Source of the DNA: Promethearchaeota archaeon
GTDB lineage: Archaea > Asgardarchaeota > Lokiarchaeia > Sigyniarchaeales > SOKP01
Direction of reading: 5' to 3'
DNA: 15,178 nucleotides
Assembly (NCBI GenBank): GCA_048941015.1
Contig: JBHLNZ010000069.1
Coordinates: forward strand, 1-15,178
A model generated the notes under the pieces. It searched no databases. It was not told the origin of the DNA and was given only the letters and a program-made list of their open reading frames with translations. Position numbers and translations under genes: made by a program. Numbering within the stretch: the stretch's first letter is position 1; the number at the start of each line of letters is the position of its first letter. This document shows, in pieces, positions 1 through 7,548 of the stretch.

Positions 1-62
1 CTAATAATTTATCCATTAATATTTAACTATTTTTATTAAATTTTATAAGAAGGATTGAGTTT

Positions 63-653
63 TTAGAAATCCTCACATTTCTTTCTGAAATATGGCCGCG
101 TATGAGAACAACTTGGACATTTCCAATCTGCTGGTAATTCATCCATTTCTACTTCATAACCACATTCCATACATATCCATACTATCTTTTTTCCTCGTTT
201 AAAGAATGCATCATCACCAACCAATTTTAATAGTTTTCCGTATCGTTGAGCATGATGCTGTTCTGCACGAATAATACCCCTCACTCTCTTAGCAATCTCA
301 GGATACCCTTCTTTTTCTGCAGTATCTACTATATCGGGATATAATTTCGTGTATTCTAAAGTTTCTCCAGCAATTGCAGATTTTAAGTTCTCAAAAGTCG
401 TTCCATGGGTCGTAGGAAATTCAGCATCAGGAATTACTTTCATATCATCGAAATATTCTTCATTTTTAAACTGTTGAAGCATTCTATAATACCAACTACC
501 ATGTTCTTTTTCTTGATTAGCAGTTTCCTCAAATATATTAGCTATCAAAACATATCCTTCACTTTTGGCAATTTGCGAAAAGAAAGTATACCTATTTCTT
601 GCTTGAGACTCACCAACATAAGCCGTATATAATTTCTTTGGAGTTTCTTTCAT
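63..653 (-). CDS. rbr: Rubrerythrin (di-iron four-helix bundle plus C-terminal rubredoxin-like domain)
   Basis: N-terminal AYVGESQARNRYTFF signature, two ExxH motifs (EKEH, EQHH), and C-terminal CMECG...CPSC rubredoxin-like Cys pairs. Confidence 0.95.
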   Translation of the reverse strand: MKETPKKLYTAYVGESQARNRYTFFSQIAKSEGYVLIANIFEETANQEKEHGSWYYRMLQQFKNEEYFDDMKVIPDAEFPTTHGTTFENLKSAIAGETLEYTKLYPDIVDTAEKEGYPEIAKRVRGIIRAEQHHAQRYGKLLKLVGDDAFFKRGKKIVWICMECGYEVEMDELPADWKCPSCSHTRPYFRKKCEDF

Positions 654-830
654 TTGATAACATCTTTATTTTAAATTGGATTTTTTTTTAAAATCAATAT
701 TTTTGAATATATATTTATTACGTAAATTTTAATTCTTATACTTATAATTTAAAAGAGAATAGTAGCCTATTAGGAATGATTAAAAATATTTCAATTAAAT
801 TTAGCTAATTTCATTTTAAATTTATAAATG

Positions 831-3212
831 TTAATCTGTATCGATTTCTGTTGTTACAGGGTAACCTTTTCTATGCCATGCAATCATACCACCTTTTAGA
901 TTTCTGACATCCTTAAATCCTGCTCGAGCTAAAATTTGAGCTGCCATCATTGAACGTGAACCAACATGACATAACACCACTACTTCTTCATCTTTATAAT
1001 CTTCTAAAGTATCAACTTTGTGCATAAGATCTCCTAAAGGCATAAGTTGAGCTTCTTTGATATGTCCTCCTAAACCATGATATTCTTGTGGTGTTCTAAC
1101 ATCAATTATAATTGATGGTTTATCTTCACTTTCAAGTCTTTCATATAATTCATCAGTTGTTATTTCTGACAGAGGAGGTGAATCAGGGGTTCTTAAATCC
1201 TTCCTTCTTTTTAATTTAATTTTAACTGGAGCTTTAACTTCTTCAATTTTAATTGTTTTCTTCTCTAAAATGGCAACTAATTTTCCTTTATCTTTTCCTA
1301 GATTATTTAATTCTACTCCATCTGTTAATTGAGCATATGCTTCTACACTCGCCTTAAAACCTGGATCTGTTGCATAAATTTTCAATTTCTTTCCTTTCGG
1401 TAATATTTCAAGCCCCTTTATCAATGCATTCAATGGTCCAGGACAAGATAAACCAGAAGCATCAATTATATTGTATTCTTCACTTTCTATTGTTTTGCTC
1501 TCAATCATTTCCTCCATTAATTCCTCTGATGGACCACACGCTTCAGCTATTTCTTGAGTAGTCGCTTGGGCAGTTTTAAAGAGTTTGTATCCTCCCGATA
1601 AATTTTTCACGTTTTTAAATCCTTTGAGCATAAGTAATCTTGTAGTATAATATCCCCTATGACCAACCTCACAAAAAATATAAATATCCTTATCTTTTGG
1701 AATCTCATCTAATCTGTCTCTGAGCTCTAAATCGTTAATATTTACAGCATTCTCAATAGATCCTACCCTAAATTCTTCTGGAGTTCTTACATCAAGAAGA
1801 AAACTATTATTATCTTTTATTTTTTCAATATCTTCCCATTGCCATATTGGGTGATCGCCTTTGATTACATTCGATGCTACGTATCCTGCCATATTTATTG
1901 GATCTTTAGCTGATCCATATGGAGGAGCATATGTTAGCTCAAGTTCTTCTAGATCGAATACTGTTCCTCCAAATTTTATTACTGTTGAAATTACATCAAT
2001 TCTTTTTTCTGTTCCAGCACCCCCCACAGCCTGAGCTCCTAATACCTTACCACTAGGAATCTCAAAAAGAAGTTTTAATGTAATTGGTATAGCTCCTGGA
2101 TAATAACCCACATGATTATTTGGATGAATATAAATTTTTTCAAATTTTATATCTAAATTTTTCAATTGTTTTTCATTTAATCCTACAAAAGCTACAGTTA
2201 AATCAAAAACTTTTAATACTGAAGTGCCAAGAATTCCTTTATATTTAGAATCTCTGCCTGCTAAATTATCTGCTGCAATTCTTCCCTGTTTATTCGCAGG
2301 ACCTGCTAAAGGTATTGCAGTAGGTTCTAGTGTCTGAAAATGCTTTACTTGAACAGCATCTCCCACAGCATAAATCGATGGATCTGAAGTTTGCATCTTA
2401 TCATTAACAATTATATGTCCTTTTGGACCGATTTTTAAACCCGCTTCCTTTGCTAAATTACCTTCTGGTTTAACTCCTATTGATAAAATAATCATGTCAG
2501 TTTTAACTTTTTTACCACTTCGAGGTATAACATAGTTACATTTATCAACATCACATTCAAATGAATCAACTGCATCTCCTAATTGCAAACAAACTCCATT
2601 CAAAATTAATTCTTGATGAACAAATTGCGCCATTTCTTTATCTAATGGAGCTAAAACTTGATCAAGCATTTCAACAATTTTTACCTTAATTCCTCGTTCT
2701 TTTAGGTTTTCTGCCATTTCTAAACCAATATACCCCCCTCCAATTATAGTTGCATGTTTCACTTTATTCCTCTCAGCAAAATCTTTAATTTTGACTGAAT
2801 CAGGAATTGTCCTTAACGTAAATGTAGGAACTTGTTCAAGACCTTTAAATGGAGGTATAATTGGAGATGATCCAGGAGATAAAAGAAGATAATCATAATC
2901 TAAACTATACATTCTATTTTGGTCTAAATTCTTAATTGTAATTTCTTTTTTCTCTTTATTAATTGATATTACTTCATGGTTTATCCTGACATCAATATTA
3001 AATCTATTAAAGAATTTTTCTGGAGTCATTAATTCTAACTTTTCGCGATCTTTTATTACCGATCCAACATAATATGGTAAACCACAATTTGCAAAAGAAA
3101 CATATGCCCCCTTCTCAAGAATAATAATTTCAAATTCTTCACTTAATCTTCTTAAACGAGCCGCAGCAGTAGCTCCACCAGCAACACCTCCAACAATAAT
3201 AACTTTCTTCAT
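831..3212 (-). CDS. cdr: CoA-disulfide/persulfide reductase fused to rhodanese, TusA-like and second rhodanese domains
   Basis: FAD motif GGVAGG, SFANC43GLPY redox motif, GGGYIG with acidic VE (NADH-type), YAVGD and YAPPY. Then rhodanese LLDVRTPEEF...FC514EVGHRG, TusA DASGLSC590PGP, and rhodanese IIDVRTPQEY...LC748HVGSRS. RBS-like GAAGGA precedes the ATG. Confidence 0.92.
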   Translation of the reverse strand: MKKVIIVGGVAGGATAAARLRRLSEEFEIIILEKGAYVSFANCGLPYYVGSVIKDREKLELMTPEKFFNRFNIDVRINHEVISINKEKKEITIKNLDQNRMYSLDYDYLLLSPGSSPIIPPFKGLEQVPTFTLRTIPDSVKIKDFAERNKVKHATIIGGGYIGLEMAENLKERGIKVKIVEMLDQVLAPLDKEMAQFVHQELILNGVCLQLGDAVDSFECDVDKCNYVIPRSGKKVKTDMIILSIGVKPEGNLAKEAGLKIGPKGHIIVNDKMQTSDPSIYAVGDAVQVKHFQTLEPTAIPLAGPANKQGRIAADNLAGRDSKYKGILGTSVLKVFDLTVAFVGLNEKQLKNLDIKFEKIYIHPNNHVGYYPGAIPITLKLLFEIPSGKVLGAQAVGGAGTEKRIDVISTVIKFGGTVFDLEELELTYAPPYGSAKDPINMAGYVASNVIKGDHPIWQWEDIEKIKDNNSFLLDVRTPEEFRVGSIENAVNINDLELRDRLDEIPKDKDIYIFCEVGHRGYYTTRLLMLKGFKNVKNLSGGYKLFKTAQATTQEIAEACGPSEELMEEMIESKTIESEEYNIIDASGLSCPGPLNALIKGLEILPKGKKLKIYATDPGFKASVEAYAQLTDGVELNNLGKDKGKLVAILEKKTIKIEEVKAPVKIKLKRRKDLRTPDSPPLSEITTDELYERLESEDKPSIIIDVRTPQEYHGLGGHIKEAQLMPLGDLMHKVDTLEDYKDEEVVVLCHVGSRSMMAAQILARAGFKDVRNLKGGMIAWHRKGYPVTTEIDTD

Positions 3213-3579
3213 AATAATCCTTCATTTTTAAAAGTATTAAATTGTGATTGCTGAGCACACAACTTTCACAACTTTAATTTAATCAATATAAATTAGAATT
3301 TAAAATTCTTGATTATGAATTATTGATTAAAATTTAAACAACATTTAATTAATCCTTAGTTTTAAAGATAAAACTTATTACTTAAAAAATCACATATAAT
3401 ACAGTTTTAATGGATAATAAACTAAAAATAACGACATTTTGTACATGCGTTTATTAAAATAATGCCTTATTAAAATTATCATTGAAATAAGCGATTTTTA
3501 AAATAATTTTAAACCTTCATCTTAATAAATTATTAGAAATAGAACAATTAATAAATTATTTATAATTTTTTTTAAATTT

Positions 3580-4383
3580 TTATCCTCTATAATCAAGAAC
3601 TATGACAACATCAACGTATAACTCGTAATTCTCGTCCTCATCATAATCATGTATTTGGACCTTATCTACCTCGTCCAATTCTCCTTTTACTTCCATAAGT
3701 TCTGATTGTAGTAATATTTTTACTGGAGAATGCTTTAATTGTTTTCTAATTTCAACCGTTCCAGGAATTGATTGAGCAGAAGTCACCACAATTACTCTAC
3801 CCGTATATTTAGTCAACTTTAACGCAAGTTCTAAGGACTTATCTCCCGAATCAACTATTAAAATTCTTTTATCTCGTAGTTCTTCAAGATCTGAGGGAAT
3901 TTCTTTATAAACTCCCTTACCCAGAAATTCATCAATACCTAAAATTACCCTCACATCAAGTTGACACGATGTGGCAATCTCTACATCAGGATTTGCTCCT
4001 GTTCTATAATTATCGATTGCGGCTTTTAAAGCATCTGCGGCTAAATTACTACAATGCATTTTAATGGGTGGTAAACCATCTAATTCGTCAGCAACATCCT
4101 GTCTACTAACTTTATAAGCTTCATCGAGAGGCATTCCTTTAACCATCTCGGTTATCATTGATGACGTGCTTATAGCACTACCACAACCAAACGTCTTAAA
4201 TTTAATGTCATTGATAATTTCCTCGCCTTTATCATTCTTCCCTACTTTAATGTAGATCCACATGAGGTCCCCGCAAACAGGATTACCGACCTTTCCAACA
4301 CCGTCGGCATCCTCTATTTCACCAACATTACGTGGATTTTTAAAATGATCCAATACCTTTTCTGAATATTGAGTTGATTTCAT
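3580..4383 (-). CDS. iscU: IscU/NifU-N Fe-S scaffold fused to a C-terminal degenerate thioredoxin-reductase NADPH-domain-like region
   Basis: YSEKVLDHFKNPRNVG, GNPVCGD, FKTFGCGSA and LPPIKMHCS give all three scaffold Cys. The extra ~125 aa read like the TrxB segment from GxGV to VDxV. RBS GGTGA lies just after the iscS stop. Confidence 0.92.
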   Translation of the reverse strand: MKSTQYSEKVLDHFKNPRNVGEIEDADGVGKVGNPVCGDLMWIYIKVGKNDKGEEIINDIKFKTFGCGSAISTSSMITEMVKGMPLDEAYKVSRQDVADELDGLPPIKMHCSNLAADALKAAIDNYRTGANPDVEIATSCQLDVRVILGIDEFLGKGVYKEIPSDLEELRDKRILIVDSGDKSLELALKLTKYTGRVIVVTSAQSIPGTVEIRKQLKHSPVKILLQSELMEVKGELDEVDKVQIHDYDEDENYELYVDVVIVLDYRG

Positions 4384-4398
4384 ACTTTTATTCTCACC

Positions 4399-5580
4399 TT
4401 ATTTTAATTCTTTTATCATATCAGGAGGCGTTAAAGGAGATAGTTTTCGCAACCTTTTAACTGATTCGGGTAACACTTCGATTAATTTATTTATATCGTA
4501 TTCTTTAGTGGTTCTTCCTAAACTAACCAATAAAGAACCATGAGCTTCTTCATGAAGTAATCCCATAGATATTAGTGTATGTGATGGCTCTAATGTTTTA
4601 GAAGAGCACGCAGAACCTGTTGCAGCAGCAATATTATTTTCTTTTAATGTTAATATCAATGACTCTCCTTCTATATAGTCGAATCTGAAATGTGCATTAT
4701 GCGGTAATCTCTTCTCAGGATGGCCATTCAAATATGAATTAGGAATTTTTTCTAAAACATTTTTTATTAGTTTATCTCTTAGATCTTTAAGATATTCTGC
4801 TTCATTTGGCATTACCCGTTTCATAATTTCTGCCGCTTTAGCAAATCCAACAATTCCAGGGATATTTTCAGATCCTGAACGGAATCCTCTTTCTTGACCT
4901 CCACCTATAATTATTGGATTAACACGTACACCTTTCTTAATGTATAAAGCTCCAACACCCCGCGGTCCATAAATATCATTCGAAGAGAGGGTGACTAAAT
5001 CAATGGGTATCTTTTGTAAATCTAGAGGTATTACACTTTCACTCGCAACAGCGTCAGTATGAAATAAAATCTTTTTCTCTTGAGCTATTTTACTAATTTC
5101 CTCTATTGGTTGTAAAGAGCCAACTTCATTACTCGCCGTCGATATAGATATTAAAATTGTATCATCTTTAATTAGTTTTTCAAGTTTATCTAATCTGACA
5201 ATTCCAAATCTATCAACAGGAAGTCTACTTATTTCAAATCCTTCTTTTTCTAAATGTTTAGCAATGTTTAGAATTGATATGTGCTCAATTTCAGAGATAA
5301 TAATATGATTGCCTTTCCTTTTATAAAAGTTAGAACCTCCCATAAGAGCAAGATTGTTTGATTCAGTAGCTCCAGAAGTAAAAATAATATCGGTAGCATT
5401 TGGTGCATTGACAAAATCTGCAACTTTTTCTCTTGATTTTTCTAATATATCGGTGGCGATATCACCATCACAGTGAAGAGATGCCGGATTAGCAAATTTC
5501 TCATTAAAATATTCCATCATTTCCTTCACAACTCTTTCATCAACTGGTTTAGCTGCCTGATTATCTAAATAGATGCTCAA
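4399..5580 (-). CDS. iscS: IscS/NifS-family cysteine desulfurase homolog lacking the PLP Schiff-base lysine
   Basis: YLDN, NPASLH, FTSGATESNN, EH, GGGQERGFRSGSEN and GSAC325SS. The SAHK motif reads SSND (D202). TTG start 7 nt after GGAGG. Confidence 0.92.
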   Translation of the reverse strand: MSIYLDNQAAKPVDERVVKEMMEYFNEKFANPASLHCDGDIATDILEKSREKVADFVNAPNATDIIFTSGATESNNLALMGGSNFYKRKGNHIIISEIEHISILNIAKHLEKEGFEISRLPVDRFGIVRLDKLEKLIKDDTILISISTASNEVGSLQPIEEISKIAQEKKILFHTDAVASESVIPLDLQKIPIDLVTLSSNDIYGPRGVGALYIKKGVRVNPIIIGGGQERGFRSGSENIPGIVGFAKAAEIMKRVMPNEAEYLKDLRDKLIKNVLEKIPNSYLNGHPEKRLPHNAHFRFDYIEGESLILTLKENNIAAATGSACSSKTLEPSHTLISMGLLHEEAHGSLLVSLGRTTKEYDINKLIEVLPESVKRLRKLSPLTPPDMIKELK

Positions 5581-5641
5581 TTTATTGCCTCCATAATCTA
5601 ATATATCACAATTTTAAATTTTTCTTTAAATAAAATTAAAA

Positions 5642-6001
5642 TCAAAACCATTGAGTAGCATCTACATCTAAAACCAAATCATTTAGGGTTGCAGCTCCAA
5701 CAATTTTAACACCAGGAATAAGATCTACTTTTTCCCAGCCCAACATCCTTTTTGAAGCTTCACAAACCAAGATTTCAATTCCCATCTCCAAGCTTTTATC
5801 AATCATTTCTTTCACACTAGGAAAATCTCCTAATTTCATCTCTTCTGCCACACCAGGTTTTAATATCTTCAGGCCCATACCTAAATAATAAAGTGTTGCT
5901 TTGATGTTCATAGTCTTAGCGGTTTGTGCTAAAACCAATGGAGAATATTGTCGTTCGGGTATATCACTAGTTTGAACATATAAAATATGTTTTTCTTCCA
6001 T
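5642..6001 (-). CDS. DsrE/DsrF-family sulfur-relay protein
   Basis: 119 aa with the family pattern (LAQTA...YYLGMGLKIL...GIEILVCEAS...GVKIVGAATL...WF). It has a single conserved-position Cys and starts 13 nt downstream of tusA. Confidence 0.85.
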   Translation of the reverse strand: MEEKHILYVQTSDIPERQYSPLVLAQTAKTMNIKATLYYLGMGLKILKPGVAEEMKLGDFPSVKEMIDKSLEMGIEILVCEASKRMLGWEKVDLIPGVKIVGAATLNDLVLDVDATQWF

Positions 6002-6014
6002 AATTTTTCGTCTC

Positions 6015-6269
6015 TTATTGTTTTTTCTTAAAGTAAAATACTAAATCGTCGCCATCTTTATGAAATTCTACTAATTCCGTATCTGTCCTTTTTGCCCATC
6101 TTTTTAAATCCTCTTCAGCTGCTGGATCATCGGCTAAAACCTTAAAGCATTGACCAACTTCAAGAGTTTCTGAAAAATTTCGAACTTCAAAAAGTGGTTC
6201 TGGGCAATACAAACCACGAGTATCTATTTCCTCCTCATATTCAATTTCTTTACCTTTTTCACTACTCAA
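6015..6269 (-). CDS. tusA: TusA/SirA-family sulfurtransferase
   Basis: IDTRGLYCPEP (CPxP) and VLADDPAAEEDLKRWA. TTG start 8 nt after GGAGG. Confidence 0.93.
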   Translation of the reverse strand: MSSEKGKEIEYEEEIDTRGLYCPEPLFEVRNFSETLEVGQCFKVLADDPAAEEDLKRWAKRTDTELVEFHKDGDDLVFYFKKKQ

Positions 6270-6500
6270 AAATAAAACCTCCTTGTTTTTAAAATTATTT
6301 ATAACAAATTTTTATTAGATTCTAATTTCAATATATTAACGACACAAAAAAGAATTAAATATTCTGATTATAATTTAATCAAAAATATATATTGACAAAA
6401 GCTTAGAATTAAACTACTTTTAAAGTTATATTATAAATTATAAATCACCTTTAAATTGAAACCAAGAAGGCAATTTTTTAATCAGAAAAAATAAAAGTAT

Positions 6501-6509
6501 AAAAAAAAA
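6501..6509 (-). terminator. Oligo-U tract immediately after the corrinoid gene stop (archaeal-type terminator candidate)
   Basis: A9 run on the + strand directly adjacent to the TAG. Such runs are common at this AT content. Confidence 0.4.
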
Positions 6510-7145
6510 CTACATACCAGCTAATTGCTTTATGTGTTTAACTCCATCTACTGCATCCTCCGCGAAATCATCAGCTCCAAGTCTTTTAGCTAGCTCCATA
6601 TTTAAGGGAGCACCACCTACAATCAATTTCACATTATCTCTAATACCTGCTTCTTTAAGAGCTTCGTGTACAACTTTAATTTGTTCAACAGTCATCGTTA
6701 AAAGCGAACTTAATGCTATAATCTCCGCTCCTGTTTCTTTAACTTTTTCTACAATTATATTCTCATCTACATCCATTCCTAAATCATGTAATTCAAATCC
6801 TGAACTCAATAATAATGAACCTAAAATATTCTTTCCGATATCATGGTTATCTCCCTTAACGGTTGCTAATATAATTTTAACTTTATCTTGAGATTTATCA
6901 ACAGCTGCTAAAGCTGGTTGAAGGATCTTAAATGCTTCCTTCATAGTTTCTCCTGCCAAAACTAATTCTGTGAGATAATATTCTTTTTCCTCATATCTTT
7001 TCCCAACTTCATCCATCCCTTTTGTTAAAGCATTTAAAATGTTGAATGGATCCTTATGATCTCCTTCTAAGGCTTCCTTTACTGCATCTGCTATATCATC
7101 CACTTCTAATTCTATTATCAATTCTGTTAACTTTTCAAAATCCAT
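6510..7145 (-). CDS. Corrinoid (cobalamin-binding) protein, MtaC/MttC/MetH cap+B12 domain type
   Basis: Cap domain (ALTKGMDEVGKRYEEKEYYLTELVLAGETM), DxHxxG motif (GDNHDIGKNI), SSLLT and VGGAP. Confidence 0.93.
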   Translation of the reverse strand: MDFEKLTELIIELEVDDIADAVKEALEGDHKDPFNILNALTKGMDEVGKRYEEKEYYLTELVLAGETMKEAFKILQPALAAVDKSQDKVKIILATVKGDNHDIGKNILGSLLLSSGFELHDLGMDVDENIIVEKVKETGAEIIALSSLLTMTVEQIKVVHEALKEAGIRDNVKLIVGGAPLNMELAKRLGADDFAEDAVDGVKHIKQLAGM

Positions 7146-7194
7146 AATATTTATCCCTAATCTTTTAGCTTTGATTACTATTATATCTTAAAAA

Positions 7195-7208
7195 TTATAA
7201 ATGTTGTT
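7195..7208 (-). promoter_or_regulatory. Candidate BRE/TATA promoter of the corrinoid gene
   Basis: Minus strand AACAACA-TTTATAA about 50 nt upstream of the ATG, implying a ~25-nt leader that contains AGGGA. Confidence 0.4.
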
Positions 7209-7266
7209 TATGTTTAAATTTTTAGAAATTTAAATCTCCTTAAAATTACTTATAAAATTTATTTTC

Positions 7267-7393
7267 AAAAAAGAGAAAGAGGGAAGCGAGAAAATCAAAG
7301 CCATTAAGTAAGGCTTCAGATTTGGGATAAAATTTAGTTACCATTTAATTAGGAAATTAGGGGATATTATTTTATTTTTCACGGCTTCCCTCT
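7267..7393 (-). ncRNA. Candidate structured small RNA of unknown family (~125 nt)
   Basis: Perfect 10-bp inverted repeat AGAGGGAAGC (7278-7287) / GCTTCCCTCT (7384-7393). Internal hairpin AAAUC-U-GAAGCC/GGCUUU-GAUUU includes a G-U pair only on the minus strand. A UUCUCUUUUUU tail follows the stem, and a TATA box ends 24 nt upstream of the stem's first base. Confidence 0.65.
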
Positions 7394-7416
7394 GTTACTA
7401 AAGTATGATATGGTTC

Positions 7417-7431
7417 TATATAAACTTTATT
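7417..7431 (-). promoter_or_regulatory. BRE/TATA promoter for the candidate small RNA
   Basis: Minus strand AATAAAG-TTTATATA matches the archaeal BRE + TTTAWATA consensus, at canonical spacing from 7393. Confidence 0.55.
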
Positions 7432-7548
7432 TATAAAAACGATGTATCTCGATATTCCGTTTATTATAAAATACGTTAAATAACATTTTAAATAACTAAT
7501 TATTATAGAAATAGATTTAGTCAATAAGATTTATTTAATGAGTCTATA

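Noticed and set aside
405-632. 75-aa + strand ORF
   Set aside because: Antisense shadow inside rubrerythrin, with no recognisable motifs.
1370-1561. 63-aa + strand ORF
   Set aside because: Antisense to the cdr fusion gene, with no motifs.
3429-6344. Shared TAACGACA 8-mer upstream of cdr (~3429) and tusA (~6337)
   Set aside because: Only two copies, non-palindromic, and at very different distances from the start codons, so not distinguishable from chance.
6443-6453. RBS-like AGGTGAT on the minus strand between the corrinoid gene and tusA
   Set aside because: Only very short frames (10 codons or fewer) follow it.
6532-6891. 119-aa + strand ORF
   Set aside because: In-register antisense shadow of the corrinoid protein gene (S/T/I-rich composition).
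7278-7393. 5S rRNA, tRNA or C/D box guide RNA
   Set aside because: The length suits 5S, but conserved CCGAAC-type loops and the helix pattern are absent. There is no cloverleaf. One CUGA is present, but no RUGAUGA C box.
7370-7396. Cobalamin riboswitch upstream of the corrinoid gene (AGGGAAGCCGUGAAAAAU resembles the GGGAA-CCGGUGAAAAU segment)
   Set aside because: No closing strand for that hairpin, no CCC..ACUGU segment and no B12 box. The GGGAAGC is instead consumed by the terminal stem. An Rfam scan would settle it.
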